Part shown: in pieces, positions 35,144 to 51,100 of the stretch
Layout: every line of letters starts with the position of its first letter
How positions within the stretch are numbered: the first letter of the stretch is position 1
From: Balanoglossus misakiensis
Lineage: Eukaryota > Animalia > Hemichordata
DNA: 64,000 nt
NCBI GenBank assembly: GCA_040954595.2
Contig: CM082595.2
Span: forward strand, 4,201,943 to 4,265,942
Direction: 5' to 3'
Notes under the pieces: model-generated
Databases searched by the model: none
Told to the model about the DNA's origin: nothing
What the model saw: the letters and a program-made list of their open reading frames with translations, nothing else
Position numbers and translations under genes: made by a program

Positions 35144-35731
35144 ATGTAAGAATACACAATAGGGCTGGTGTGGAGGGATTTGCGGAAACGATACAGACAG
35201 GCGTCTGTCGTCTATCACTGACACTTCAATGTTGGATGAACAATGTGCGTGATGTGTACGGAAAGTTTAATTATCTGAAAACGTGCACGGCAGACCGCTA
35301 AGCACCCATGAGCTTTTAATAGGTACCTGGGAATTCAAGAAAACTGGGTTCCTGGGGATGATAACTTTAATAGACACAGGTGTCTAACAGTGATGACGTG
35401 TGACATTAGCACAATCTCAATTTTCAGATACTGAAATATTACAGTACATTAATCTGGGAAACGTCGCAAATGGAGACGCATTTAATTTAAATTTTGGCAC
35501 GAACAAGTGTCGTTATTAAATTCACCAGCATTAAAAGCAATGATAACAGGAACAAGTAGTGATTCGCATATTGATATTAATGTTTCTTGTGCGAGATTGA
35601 TATGCCATAAAGAGTGCAGGGTCTATGTACTTCAGTTCCTGTAATCAAACAATAAATCATACGCTGTATCCTGGGCAACGTGTTAATCCAAGACAGCACT
35701 CACATGATGCAGAATTTGTCATTTTACTCAC

Positions 35732-35893
35732 CATTTTGAATGTTTCCAAACTGGTTGACCAACCGATCTGACTGCCGAACTGTTGCTGTGAGATTAGTGT
35801 AAGGCAGAATGTTCGGGTTTCTGTTGACATCGTCTATTGCCAGGTTGAAGGCCTGCTCCGCAAGGTCGCTACTCCCTCTGCTAAAAATGCCAC
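35732..35893 (-). CDS. iGluR exon 2: start of ATD (GGIF..AFNLAIDDVNRNPNILP)
   Basis: AFxxAxxxxN..LP motif. Acceptor tcaacag|GT and donor G|gtgagt. Confidence 0.95.
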
Positions 35894-38800
35894 CTGTTGA
35901 AGTAATAATGAAAGCAAGTTGTGGGTTCATGGTCACTCTTGCAAATTTAACCTCTGGAAACTATGACCAAGTTTACCTTATGAAAACAAATTGGTTCACA
36001 GTGTTTTACGGGGTGACTCTATACCGGTATATATCGTACGTCACAAAACAGGATGTCAAGCTAGATAGGCCACTAGAGGATAATTCAAGCGATGTGGGTT
36101 AAACCTAAATGGAAGAACCATCTGATTTAAGAAGTGTTCTTGACCTTGAGTGTCTCCACGTCTTGGCTATGGATATAATTTAAACACTGCAGCTCTCTAG
36201 TAAAAAAATAATGGACACAATCGAGACATATATGTAGTTAACACATCATTCACTTTAGGTCTTTTATTTAAACTGTTCCATAAAAACGACACTGTCGTTT
36301 GTGTCAGTTTAGTAGCCCTACTAGACAGTTTGTCACATTTAATAGGTTTATTGATTGAACTTTAAGACTCCATTCAACAACCTGTCACACGGCACGGTTT
36401 GTACTGCCATAACGTTTAATATACCTAACTTTTATAGGGGTTTGAACGATAAAGAATGATCATAACGCTTACGGAATCCCGTATGTTTCTGGTGAATTCA
36501 AAGTACCAATTAGCATTACCTTAAAATGATAGGCATATTGTTTTGGCCCGAAGACACACTGCCGTGTGCACTATCGTCATTGATAAAGCCACTCAGGTTA
36601 AAAGGGTCATCGAATTTCTGATACAAATACTCTTTATTGTGTAGCCTGCACGGAATAATCACGGCAATAATAGAGTTTAAGTAATGTCAGTGGCTATCCA
36701 ATTTCAATTAAGTTGAAACCTGTGTCCAATACTGACATTACCGCGTATCTTATTTTCATGTCCATCATTTTCCCTGTGGCTGAACTTAGAAAGACACGTG
36801 TATTTATACATTATTATGCTATGCACCACAAGTAGTAATCTATGAGTCACACATTTTATATCCCACCGATAGCTGATCATATACTGATCATATGCGCTGT
36901 GTTGTTCTGCATCAGGTCACTTTGAGAGCGATCCGATTGGTAATAGATTTCAAATTAACACAGCACCAGCGCTGCAATTTTGCTAATTTCCCGCGATAGA
37001 TTACCCGTGTCTGTCCTGCGAGTCTTTTTAGTGTCATTAGATGGTGTTAGATCGCTCGGATCTCCGGGTTCTCTCGCTTATCTCCCACCCACCATCCTGA
37101 TGCGCCGTCTGCATACATTTGCGAGTGAGTCAGCGCAGTGTAATCAACGGCGACATAAAAATTTATCAGGCATGCCTCAATTGCCCTACGTCTCCTTGTA
37201 ACCTCTTTCGAGGCAAATTAAATAATTCGCTCTTCCGGCTGGAAGGAGATTGCAGTCATGATACTCTGATTTTGTTCAATGCCCACCTGCCTGAGACTCT
37301 CGTACCCGCTCATGTGCCATGTCAAGCAACAACAAACGTCAATCTACCGAACATTGTGTCATATTGGAAGAACTTTAAAGTTCTGATTTCAATGAAACAC
37401 TTTCCCCCACTTTCTAAATATCACCAGTACAGAACATGTTTGATTTGCCGCTGGCGGAATGTTACAAGCATCCTTAAATAAATAAACAGCTTGGTTGAAT
37501 CAACTCAAATGTCTCATGGGGGAGAACTTGTTTAATCTAAAAAACGTTCACATAGATTACTTGCTCTGCAAGTATTCGTAGGTTGTCACCATACTTTGTA
37601 TGCTGTCCCGCAACTGATGTCTTGACAGGAAATTGACTAATTATTATCATATTCGATGCATTATCAACAGTGTTTTCTTAAGTAGTGTTAAATAGACGTG
37701 TTTCTTTTTCGCGTCGGTTTGTCCACCATCCATTTAGAAGGATGTAGCATATCTTTGGTTGAATCATGACTGAGAAGCGGGCGTTACAACTCTACCAAAT
37801 GGCTGTTAACATGAGTCAAGGTCTGAGATCCAGCTGCAGGGAGTCACTTAATGGTGTCAAGTTCACACGTTCCTGCCACTGAATTATGCAAATTACCAAA
37901 GTTGCGGGTCATTGACTAGTTTGTTGTCATATTGATATGTGTTGATAACCAGATTTCATGTCATTTGCAAACTGCATGAATCCCAACTGAATGTGGCGAG
38001 CGTTTGTTGTTTAGCCTCCCATTGAAAATGCAACATTTTACAGAATACACTGATGCTACTGGCGAAGTGAACTCCCTATATGCAGATCACATACAGCCCA
38101 TAAATAATCCAATGATTTTATTGTCCACACATGGGTTTTATTTGCTCGTTTATTTATTTTAGTTCACAATTTGCCTCCACTGGGGCTTGCAATAGACTCG
38201 TGTCCTGTGTGTAGGCGATGTACCTCAAATTTTGTATTCCCAGGCTTCTGTGACTTTAATATCAGATAGTCGTTAAACTTTCCATCGGCTGTGTTGAAAT
38301 TGTCAGGGCTACTCATTGTAAGATGAAAGGAATATTGAACATCTCTGAAGGTAAATCTATACGCTCAGGGAACAATGCAGGGGCAAATATTTCGAATTTT
38401 TCGCATGTTACTTTGCAGTATTCCCAGTGTTATCTGTACCAAATCGAAAATCCATCATTTGTGACAGCTTGCCGTCGGTAAAAAGAGCATCTCGCACATT
38501 CGTTTCCAAAGATCGCACAGCCAACATCCCGATTATAGTTTCACGAGACAATCGGCTGTAACATCTCCAGGCGGTCGCGACCTCCAATAATAGGCAGAAA
38601 GTAAACCCACAAAATGCTACTGACAAAGTATTTATTTTGACAGCTGTTGTTATCTATCTGTTTGTGTGTGTGCGCATGTCAACTGTAGACATCACCAATC
38701 GATAAGTGCACAAAGGCGGTGTCAATATCCCGGGTGCGTAAGATTTACGTCAAAACTCACTGATACTAGGAAACAAATGCTTGTATTTTTCATGCCACTT

Positions 38801-41800
38801 GTATAGCTATGTAAAGAAAGGTTATGATATCCCTTTCGATGAATTAACAACTGGAAAGACCTTATCATAACAGAGCTAAGGCTTGGACAGAGAGAGTTTC
38901 CTCTCAATTCCAATGGTTGATATGGCATATTGTCTGGTCTTTTCTAATTTTCACGTTCGGTGTGATAAGGTATCATAAAAAACTTCACAAGCTGCAACAT
39001 TGGGGGAAAGTTCATTGTTCTTAACATAAAATGAATGTATAGTATAGTTCAACACATTCTTGATAAAAGCAAGAGTATGTTTGCCATAGGTTAAGGTATT
39101 AAACCTGCAAAGTTATCATGAATCATACTTGCAGGCATGTGGCGGAAATCAGGGATTTAGAATCATGTGACGCACCAAGTTTCGGCATATTGTGTTAAAC
39201 TCAAAGAAATGATGCTTCAGGTCTAGGTCTGGCAGTATTTCTGGTCTTGCTTGCAGCCAGTCTGAGCAGTAACATAATGCCCACACTGTCCAGTACATAT
39301 TTGACCTGAATTTTTCAAGAATTTGAAACCAAAACTATCACACTTAGGGTGAAAAAAAACGCACATGAAACCATTCGGTCAAATCCAAATCCCCTCAAAA
39401 TGGTGTTTTCATAACAGAGTTAAGCCTTGAGCACACCATACAAAACGTGGCGCACCAACTGTGTCAATCGTACAATACAATTAATCCGTCAATTCGATTT
39501 ATTCTCACATTCTGTCAGGACCAGTGTTGCTCTCTCAAACAGCTTCCCAGTCTACACCAAAATATCACAGATCTTTGACAGAATGAACGACATACATCCA
39601 AAATAAGGCAAACGACAGTGACGTCAACATTGTCTTTCAAGAATAAACGAACCCGCTCTTGCCATATACTGGTAGGATCAGGCATGGCAATTCAATCCAC
39701 CACAGGTTGCTGCACTAAACAGCGCATGATCCTAGAGATAGCCAGACCGTCCTTATCTGAGTAATAGCATGCAAGATAAGTTTGACAAATGGCCTTCAAA
39801 TCAAAGTAATTTCCATTATTTGCTAGGAAAATATTCTCAATCCCAAAACCAGAATTTCGACATGTATTATGATACAAATATTACTACTAGAACAAGCAAA
39901 TGTTATTATAAACAGAGTTTGTAATTAAATACTGAGACAACATCATGTCCAAGCATGACATATGACAGATTGATAGGTTTTGTAACTGACGCAGAAAGAC
40001 TTCATCTGGAAAAATTCAGATGTATTCTTTTCTACACAGATTCAATACACTTCATATAGAAACCCGAGCTTAAGCTCTATTGGAAAAGCCATTTCCAATA
40101 AAAATAATCTTTGCTTAAGCACAGTTTGTAATACCAGTAATGCCTCTGTACCCCCATATGCCAGCATTCCCTTGGTATATGTCCCCCAGTGTCACATCAA
40201 GCTCAACCAGCTATGTGAACGTATATTTGACTGGACTTGCATATCGTTTTCTTACTCCAACCAACCTAAACACTAACATTTTTCCTGGCTTACAAAGCAA
40301 GAACAATCGAATAGTGAGAAACCCGCACACCGGATTAAGGTCGAACAGCCATCATGAAAGTGACTAGCTGATTTAATCTTTAAATTTTTATGGAATTCAA
40401 AATCGGATTACACCATTTGTCGACCGGATAAATCTAATAGAACTGGGGTTAAAAGTGGCACTGAACAGAACCTCAGAGCATATGGTAAATATATCAACGC
40501 TCGTAGTTTCATTGTAGTCGACACAACCAGCGTACATTTTTATCTCTCACTGTTCAACTATCTAATGATAAAGATGACGACACAGGGACCCTTATATACA
40601 CATTTTACAACTGGTATATTGGGGCATTTATGTATTTATGTGGATAAACATGTCGAGTTAGTCGATGACTTGTACTATGCACAGAGATGAAAAATGCAAT
40701 TTTAAACACTAAAATGATACTGAGTCTTGGAATTTTAGATGGATGGTAATAGAGGAGTACCTAAGTCTTCGCTGTGGAGCAGGTATTTATCCACACTACC
40801 AAAATGAAAATCTATGATTGGCTAAATCCCTTCTTTCTTGTTATCTGTAGCTAAATTTAATCCCTGAAAAATACTTGTATGAGCTACGGTGTCACAAAGT
40901 TGTCCGTTTGTCCTCCTGTTGTGCTAATCTCACAAGTGTTCAGTCCCATACGCCCAGATGAGCAAAGAAAAAAAAATACTGTCTGAACATACGTGACTAA
41001 GCGTGCTTTGAGGAGTAGCTAGGTGCCGAGATGGGGTTGTCAAATTTACAGCTGTTAAAGGAAAGAAGTCTCTTTATTCAGAATATTTTCATTGCCTCCC
41101 TCTGTTCGCAGCTGCTGATGTGATGCGTGGGTTGTGCTTTATGAAGTAGTCAATTCTTGGAGGAATAGTGACTGTCAGGGAAGACCAATAAATTCTTCAA
41201 AATTGTGTTGATGATCAACCGCAGTAATTAAGTGCAGCCGGATGGAGCAGTATTATTTTTTTTGATGAATCAAACATACTGACGTGAGGGCAAAAAAAGT
41301 ACTCCAGGGAAAATGACATCCTGAGATTAGATTTGCAGTTACATCTACATAAGAAAAGATGTTTTTCAAATCATCCCTTGAGTTTGCTTAAATTAAGAGA
41401 ACCAACAAGTCTTCTGAGTTGCTATATAATTTTTGAATAATTATGAATTCAGATAATGGCAGGTGGTGTAAAGTGATAGTGATTCTGAATTTGTCGTTTA
41501 TGGTACGAAATTTAATCCTTAACGTTGGTTGTCTTCGTTAGGTTCAATGCCCATTTTGCCTAGCCCTGAAATGACTATGATTTCGAAATTCTCCCGAGTC
41601 GCAGAAATGGCGGATGTAGAATTTAACGATCGCACCAATGGGACTAATGGGCAAATAAACTAAGTCGACAGCCTTCATCGTTATAATGTCGGGAATAGTA
41701 AAACCTTCCTAACTTTAAAATGGCCAAGTGTAGTGGAAAGAGAAGTCAAATTGGCTTTTTTTCTTCAAAAATCATGTTTATTCCGATGATGCTGAGCTGG

Positions 41801-44800
41801 AGATTTCATTAGATTGCACTGTATTTCATCACACAGTTCTGCGAGTAGTTGTTAAAAATCGTGTTCAGGAAACAACTTCACGGCACATATGGATGAATGT
41901 TGTTCGAAATGCTATCCTGCTTGCTCGCCACTTAGGCGACTTCATCAGACCCATCTACATTCTATGAAATGAATAAATTATTAAACATGATGTCTTGGGT
42001 GCTTGACTTCTTCTTCTTGATTGTATAATTGTGAATTTACCTTATATCGCAACTCTGGCAACGGAATTGTCTGTGCTGAAAATGTCAGCCCACTCAGTCA
42101 ATACACCTTACTTTCAGTAATTGATTCCGATATTAGCTGTCGGTTGTTAGCAAAGGACAAGCTGGAGTTTGCAAGCTGTCTTTTAGGAAAGTAGTTTGCA
42201 ATGAGTGCATTTACTTCAAAGTCCTTAATACGATGTGAAATCGACATATGGCATATGCCTACTGGTAAAAGATCATGTTTCACTTTACGATATTTTTTTA
42301 CCGTTTACTGTTTTCGTAATGACTCAGTTGTAAGATAATCTCTATTTGGTCAAGCTGTACGTTATGAAGATGGTGGTATATGATATACTATGATCAGCTC
42401 GAGTGAATGATTATGATTTAATTTATGAGATATAAATTCTTAATTTGTTTGTCTAGGTACCCTTATATCTTTATTGCGTAGATTTGATTCGTGACGTATC
42501 GAATGACCAGTTATTAAACACACGCGATACGTTTCTTGGGTACTCGAGTTTCTCTATCTCGAAATGTTGAAACCAACTGCAGATTTTTTTCCACTTTGAG
42601 TAATTCAATCTATAGAAGCTTGTACCTCAAATCGATATAGCTTAAAAATTTTTGGAGTAGTCAATCTTGAAAAAGAATCGGAAGCTGTATCTGATTTCGA
42701 GCACTTAAATCAAAAGTTTTATCTAGCTACAGTAATCTGAATTGATGTATGCGTAAATTTCATTTTCTCTCTCCCGTTAATAAGTTTGAAAATTACTTTT
42801 TTTCCATAGTGTGATTAATGGCTTTAAATTAATGAGTATCTCTTTGGGGAATGCATATGCAATGTAGGATCCGTTACCCAACATACATTAATTAGTACTA
42901 CTGTGTGTGTAGGCTCCTGTCCTAGAACCACTGTCGCAGTCATTAAGGTGTCATAGAAAATTTTTTTTCCTTCTCATTCCGATTTTGTCTTTGTTGCCAT
43001 GGCTGATGTCATCGTCGAAGTTCTGTTGTTGTTTCTGATGGTGCTACCGTTGTGGTTGTTTTTGTGCGTCTTATTTTCGCACTTGTGATTGCCAAGTGTC
43101 CCTGGTTGATGACAAATTTCCAATCCATAGATTGGCACATCCTGATTGAACAGCCACCAGCTGAACATTGACATTTGACGACAATAAGTCTGCCGATCAA
43201 TCATGTCCCGTGACCAATTAAGTTAATTAAAATCTTGCCAACACTCCCAAGTCGTATTAATGCAATCGATGTGATCAGCTTTGATAACACAAGATGGCAT
43301 ATCTCATAGGCACCACTTCATAATGTATTGAAGTCCTATGGGCGTTTTTAAAAGTTTAATTCGTAGTGGGAAGATATGATACACTGCGACTGTACACTTT
43401 GTCTATCAGAGTCTTCAGTCACGTAATTTCTTGCGTGCAGCATAAATCATATTATTGTAGTATATTTTAGGCACCAGCTGGGGTGCTGTACATATGGCTC
43501 TAACAACCTGCAATTCTCAATGCCGGAAGTTAGTTTTTACTTCATGATAATGGTCAAATCAAAGGATAATCAATTGCATTGTATGGTATGAATCAAAGAG
43601 AAAAAGTTTTGACGAAGATGTACCACCTGAATTTGTGTAATATTTATAGATAAAACATTCTGTTATTATAGTTGATATACATTACCCATCTAATCTTTCC
43701 TCTTTTTCTTCATTTTCGGCGCAAATATTAAAACAGAAAATACATGAAGATGCTGATGAGGATGACTGGTTACTCCAGGATTTTAGAAAACACATGCCAG
43801 GATTTTGGAGAGAACTTCTAGAGAACAATTTGCAGGACTCTATGTCGAAAGAAACTCTCATTCCTTCATGTTTGCCAAGCCATATCAAGCATCAGGTGAG
43901 CACACAACACCATTTCATCTTATTCATAAAAGTGAGATGATTACAGTTTAATCTTCCTCAGAACAAGATGGCATCCACCATGCATGGACATCCATGGCCC
44001 ATGTGCAGTCCTGTTGAGATCATCATTGGTGACACAATCTTGTTCTCGGGAATTTTAAACAGTAATCGTGCCACAGTTTTTTTTAATCCTGATTGTTTGT
44101 TTGTGTGTCCTGTGTCCAGAATTTGCTTTTGTTCAGCTGCAGGGTAATATCAACACAATGCCCTCATGAGCAGAAAGTTTCTAGATAATACCCTGTAGGT
44201 GGTACAAGTTGCACATAACATCAAACAGGACCACTGTGGCTATTTTAACCAGGCGAAGTTAGAACAGGCCAGTGAACATCCTGAGCATGCACTGACAGAA
44301 GCGAGCGAAAACGATCCAGGCATAAAGCTTAGCAAGGCAACAGGTTTCACACTGGTAGCTGCACGCTTTTGCAAGCTGTGGTATTATCTCGGATTTTGCT
44401 ACGTATACAGGGTGGGTTTGAAAACTGTCGCTATGATGTATCTAGGAAGCTATCGCCATTGCCAGCCTATATAAGTATTAGAGAAAACATGACTGTAATT
44501 CCCCTTAAGGGCTATTTGCCAGGGAGTAATTCTGGCATGCAAGTTAGTTTATAAATCAAGCAGCGGTGAATCGCTTGACGACGTGAAGCTAAAATCCGCC
44601 CCTTAAATGTGGACTATGAGCACACATACACGAATAGCTTCACGGATTACCAGGGAGGTCACATGACAAACAGGATTTAGAAGGTACAGATACAGTTACA
44701 TGTACCAGTATATTGTCTCATGAATACCATGCATGTCAAGGAAATTGATACTTGATGCCTTAAATGTTTGTTCAAACTGTGGTAAGACTCACATATAAAG

Positions 44801-44904
44801 TGAACCATTCTCGCTTTAATGCGAAGTAAATGCGTTTGGTGATTTGTGTAGCATTGTGGGGTAGATCACCAAATGATCTCCTATTCGCCAACATCTGACA
44901 TTAA

Positions 44905-44991
44905 CCCTTTCACCCCTGTTCCCTGTTTAGAGCTCCAACATTACTATAGAAAACAATGTGTTTGGACTGAACCATAGTTGTGGTGAAAGGG
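44905..44991 (+). mobile_element. ~87-bp piggyBac-type MITE, copy 1
   Basis: TTAA|CCCTTTCACC...GGTGAAAGGG|TAAA. A homologous inverted copy lies at 63260-63344. Confidence 0.8.
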
Positions 44992-47900
44992 TAAAACCTG
45001 GCCAGTAAAAAAGGTCACATTGAGACCTAACCTGGGAAATATCCCTTTTTACGACTATAAAAGCGAACAATAAAGCAGGTCAGTTGATGTTGTGGGTACA
45101 CGATTAATACAGGGTTTTCCCACAAATTTAGGGCAGCGATCGAGGCATAGTGGGACTAGACACTGAGGTGTTGAATTGCCACGGCATTTAAAGCACGGCA
45201 TCACTTTCAAAAACTCGGGCGACCATGTTGCAGACGTGAAAAACACGTATTGGGTACATCAATCATTAGCCTGCCACACACGCCATGTGTTAGTACACGT
45301 TTTCATATAATTGAAAACTAAAGATAGATTGGTCACAAATTTCGTACACTCAACTGAATGGTAACGTTTTAAGATTTCGTCAACTGAGGAATATTGTATT
45401 GAGAGTCATAAAAATGAAACACATATCTATCAAAAATACATATGAAAAATGCATGAGGTAAATCTACAAGCTCTGTACGTGAGGCTTAGTAATAATATGA
45501 TTCCTATGACCTTTTTACAATATAGAGTAGGCGAGAAAAAAACAATTCTACCCAATTTGATATTTCATTTCTGAGCACCTCACGTGACCAGTCGTGACTG
45601 TGAGACTTCATTTTGTAGCATCTATTCTTGGTAAATTATCACTCAGGTTATTTTTATTTCCACGTCGATGTGCATGTCCGCAAAATTTAGGCCAGGTCAT
45701 AATTAGGTTTTAGGTCGGATTAATGAAAACACGCTGTGGTTTTTTTGGCTTCATCTGACCTCAGTGGAATGCGGTTCGTTTATGCATGATCAGCACCACC
45801 ACAGATTGCCGGCAACTCCCATACACAGCAGAACTGTTACCGAGCGGTATACGTTTAACGTCGGGTTGAACAAACGAGGACATGTTGCACTATTTATTGA
45901 AAACACAAGCAAAAAAAATCCGGCGCTGATGAATTCAACAAAGTGTCTGCAAACTTTCTGTCAGGTATTTACTTAGATGAGTGATGAAGATCCGAATCTG
46001 ACAGTGTAATGGCATAGCATGCCCCCTTCGCTATATAATGTGAACGGCAACACATACACTCCCATCTAAGTGATCCAAACCAGAGATATGCAGTTTGTTA
46101 TTCCATTATGCCTGTCTATTTCTAGTCTGCCGTATCCGTGGTAACACATGTCCCCAACAAACAGCAATTATGGAACTAGAAACCCGCAACTTTCAGAGTA
46201 GCAAATGCGCAACACAACCAATCGGCTACAAACAGCAGCTTTGTGTTGTAAGTCCTGCTGTATATTACATTCACGTACGCGATTTCTATGATTTGAATAT
46301 TGTACCATGCTGCTTGATTTTTAAAAAAATCACTCAGTCTTACAACCAAATCCTGTTAGTGGGCAAAATGGCTTCCTGACAATCATGTTCATGTAGACGT
46401 TGAAAATTCCCCTGCTAGTTTGGTGGACATGTTTCTGGTCCGTGAAAGTTCTGCCCCTGTCTTGCTATTGCACTCAGAAAGCACAGTTCGTGTCATCAGA
46501 ATGTTGAATATGTTCTCCAGGCGGGGGAATTCGTGCCAATTTGCCTAACAAATATTCAGCATGGATCAGGATTGAACCTGCATACTTTGTACAAGATGCT
46601 CATGTCACGTTTTGCATTCACAGTGCGCACTGTATTCACAGATTTGTGTTCATAGATCATAACCCGATCAGTGATATGGGCCTGCCATGTACGCTTATAT
46701 ACATCCATAAGGGTAACCCATAGCCTGAAGCTACATTATATATTCTGGCAGTGTTTCCTATTTTCACTAATACCATTGGATAAGCGATGAAAGGCCGGCC
46801 TCTAAGGACTATACTAACTTTTTTGTGCAGGTATTTTATACTTCTTTCAAATGACATATCCATATGGTAAAATTTGCATGACAGTTTGAGCTTTTTTAAT
46901 CGACTTTAGTGTATAGGTGCTATTGAGATTAATTGTCATTGAAATGTAAAATAAAACTAGCACATCATGTCACTTTTTTATCCGAAATCCAAATTAACTC
47001 CCAGTGCATTTGCTTAGGTTATGGACGTCAATTTTTGTTTTATGCCTGGTTAATGTTATCACAGTATTGAGTCTCAAATCTGGAATGTTCTTGGGAAAAT
47101 TAACTCGTTCACACATAATAATTTATGCCAGTATTTGACTTGATGCATTTCAGAAGCGTTTCAAAGTCATGTGTGTGAACCCAATATATTACACATACAA
47201 ATGAAATATGAATGCGCTAAAAATAAAAATTATCACATGACATGTCTCCTGTGACAAAATTCTAAATTATGTAATCTGCGTTCTGACATCAAATATTACG
47301 TATCCAGTAGCCTGTTCGGAGAATCTTGTGAGGAATACAATATCATTTATTCGATGTAGAATTAATTATTTAAATGTGGAAAAACATAGCAGTGTAATAT
47401 TTAATGAGGAAACTTGTCAAACTCAAGCTTCCAGTTGAAGACTGAATATAAAAGTGCAGGCCACAAAAAGTGCAGTTTTTCGAGTAGAGTGTTCATGAGT
47501 TTTTTCCTTTCGTATAAACATGCAGTTTAGTTATAACAACCCACGTCGTTCAGAGAAGGTTTTTGAAGACTGTTCAACCGTTTGATTGTGAAAGTGCGGT
47601 TGAAACAGTCACTAATAGGACACAACTTTTGACTACACCGCTTGTGATGAAAATGAGCCTCTACTGGACCGTCACTAAGAGCTGATCGTTCGCAAGTTCA
47701 CCACTATAAAATTGCGCCCTTTTCATAAAATATTTAAGGATAATGTCCTCGACAGCACTCCAATATAGGTATTCGAAATAAATGAGCCGACATGCTATAT
47801 AAGATGCAGCTGCTAGTTGTTGAGCGTTTTTCAAAGTACTAGAAATTGGAGCATGTGAGATATCTTGAAGCCTTGATGCATGGTTGCTGCCAAGCAACAG

Positions 47901-48083
47901 CTTCTGCTTAAGCCGCAGTGAGTATTTTTTGTTCATTTTTGTCACACAAAAAGGATAATCTTACATTAAATATGGCTGGCCGGCGCAAAGTTGGTAAAAA
48001 GCAACACTCGATGTCAATCTATGTGCAGTTTAAATGACGCGAAACGCAAACTATATTTATTTTCCGTTTTAAAAATAACTTAC

Positions 48084-48174
48084 CAATTCTCACTGTTGAG
48101 GGTATGTTGGGCGGCACGTCTGTGGAAAGCACAGCTGTAATGCAGAACAGCGGGATCCAGCTTAGTAGTCTCAT
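48084..48174 (-). CDS. iGluR exon 1: signal peptide (MRLLSWIPLFCITAVLS..TVRIG)
   Basis: gtcATG start and hydrophobic leader. The phase-1 donor G|gtaagt joins exon 2 to give VRIGGIF, the typical ATD start. Confidence 0.88.
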
Positions 48175-51100
48175 GACGTCCAATTTATGTTTCACGTAGA
48201 AGTCATCGGGGTAAAAACACAGCAACACATCAGCAGAGTATTAAATGTGGAATATTCTTCGAAGTTTCCACTCTTCTTGCGAGAGGGGACGGGAAGTGAT
48301 GAAACTGCCCTCTTTGGGCAACGCAGGTCCGTCGACGCAAGTTCCAACTCTAGTTCTGGCTGTTCACGCGCTGTTAAGCCATCTGCGGTCAAATTCAAAA
48401 TCCATTTTAAAGTGTTCGACGCGGTATATCCTTATTTGGTCAGGCGAGGGGATTGCCTAATGTTCGCCGCGAACGCCCGACTGGTTTATGATTCCTCGTT
48501 TCTTCAGATCGTCTGGCGAGAGAGGAAAAATGTACCATCTAGAGCGTCCTCAACGCACTTTCATCATTTAATGCGCTGTCGCTAATCTATTCATGTGGCG
48601 TACATGCAACTCGTATGCAAATGGACAATACTGTTCTAACCAACTGTCACGAGCTGTAATTGCCGACTTTCCTAAAATATACATGTACACACACCCCGCA
48701 CAAGGGCGGTCGATGTTGTGTACACCACACTGAGTATAGCAAGGTTTTGTCTATAAATTTGCATCCTTCACCTCCGATATGAAAATCCTTGAAGAAATTA
48801 TGTATACAACAGGAATAGATCACTCAATGCCTCACATTAATCAGCTGCGCAGGGACTGTAGCCAGTGTAAGTATTCCTAGCGTCCCGTTATAGGTAATAT
48901 TGGAACGTACTGGCCTTCCCGGTAAAATGACACAGAGGCAACTCCAATGTTACCATTAAAGATGTAAATTATTCGCTGGTCCACTCAAAAGTCTGTCGCG
49001 AAAGTTAATGTTCCTACTCGTCAGATGTCGCCATACACACACATGAATCTGCGAAGTAAGAGAAAAAAATGAACAAAGTTATGTCATCGCGATTGTAGAA
49101 ACAGTACACTGAGGTACAAGCTCCCAGATGTCGGCCTGTTAATTTAGAGAGACTCAGTTGTCGAGATCACTCGAGTGTGTTCGCCTTTGGCTAGCGGCAG
49201 CTAAGGAGACTGCACATGCTCACTAGGGACCGCCTAAACTAGCAATGATCTTTCAAGGTTAATAGCCCATACAGTGACGAGTGACTCCCTACGGGGTCTA
49301 TAACTCTCCTTTGAAAAAAACAGCGTAAATTGCGCTCAGCTACCAGCACATGCGTGTGATGATAGTGCGTACTCTTTGCTACATCTGAAACTATAATAGC
49401 CCCTGCGTTTTTTAAAGTTTTAGTTTAATCCACTGTAACACTGTAGCCTTCATGTCATTTTACAGGAATTCCGTTACAGCATAATTTTGGTGTAATCACT
49501 TATCTAAGACATATTATCCTGAGAACTAGTATGATATAAATAACAATAAACGAAAACAAAAACATTTATCAAACTGACCAAAAACTGACATAGACAGAAT
49601 CCACATGAAAGTGATATTGCGGTCGTTCTCTTCTGTTAAAGAATTATTCGTATCACTGGCGTATCTCTTAATGATTGACAGCAACAGCAATTGATTGCCT
49701 ATAAAAGATATCAATACCACATATGATAATCCCATCTGTTTCCATGGTGATCTATAAAGGGAGTTAAAAAGTACATCTGTCTCGTGGTGCAGATAATTTA
49801 ATAACCGCCCACACTGTTTTGTATTTGACACGGTATGACAAAAAGTGTTAACAATGTGTTTTCAGCGTTACTTTATTGTCTTTGACCTAAAACTTACAGC
49901 AATTATTGGGGACCAATTATTCTGTAATTTCTGCAGGCAACCACTATTTATGGATCCCGTGTGACAGAAGCATGGACGCTGGCCATGCAATGCCACGTCC
50001 GTCTGGGTGTTCACCCCCACGCTGTGTGGGTGTGGCGTGACTGTTGCCTCCCTAGCAATCTACCAACTCAGGATATGTATACATTTCGCTGAAAGACAGA
50101 TTATTTTTGCTCAAAAGAGATAATAAACTTTCTAACAATCACCCCCATCTTCCCCTCGCTGCTCAGATGCCTTAATCCTCTGATATAAACCCAATACATA
50201 TTCAGCTATAGGTGATGTGGCGCCATAGCACTAGATAAGCTGACCCCATGGTCTGTTTGGGATCATCTGAGTACAGTAAAGAATCAAACCAACGTAACAA
50301 ACAATTGGCTGTGAGACAGTTTAATGCTCACTTTATTCTGAATTCTGGACAACACACAAAGAAGCCGTATTCCTTGGACGAATACAATACATTTTAAAAC
50401 GTTACCATAATATCGACCATCACTTATGTTAAACGTATACGGTACTGCAGACCAAATGTTTGTAAATTAACATTCATTATCCAATTTGCATATTTACATC
50501 CCAATAAATGCCAGCACCTTTTTGCATTTATTTTGTGCCCAAAAAACATACCACTTTAATTCCATTTTATTACGTAATACATGGAATTATATGTTTACAT
50601 GTTTTCCATGAGGAAGTGTTAAGAAATTTGACATTTAATAGAAAACAAAATATTGTGCATCACAACACAACTGAAACTGAGTGGAGCAATTAAATGTAGC
50701 AAAATCATTATGGTCTAATACAAAACCATGCTGTAGAGAGACTTCTTTAATTTGACTATTTGTGAACCTGCTTACGATGAAAGATCTAGTCGTGGCTTTT
50801 GGCTGTTAAACTACATTTATATATTTTCTTTGTATAATCACCAGTAAAAACATGGTGACATGCCCCAGTATTCAGGTTATTAGCACAGCCCGCATGTGTT
50901 AAGTAAAACAATGGTGCTATCAAAATAGATGCCTGGACCAGCCAAGTGGAGCGAGGGAGGCTAGCCAGCTTATATCAGATTCGCTGTGTCACTGACAGCA
51001 CTGATGTGTGGCCAGGACTACAACTGCTAGTGCGGAGGGAAAGTTTTACTACATCATGATAAAAACAGATAATGGTTTCCTTTGTGGAGAATTAGTTCAC

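Larger units (their letters stand above)
15342..48174 (-). other. Gene span: ionotropic glutamate receptor family subunit (non-NMDA architecture; 14 coding exons, 2937 nt, ~978 aa)
   Basis: Signal peptide, ATD, S1, M1, M2 (WMQQG), M3 (YTANLAAF), S2, M4 and CTD are all recovered with GT-AG, phase-consistent introns. Confidence 0.95.
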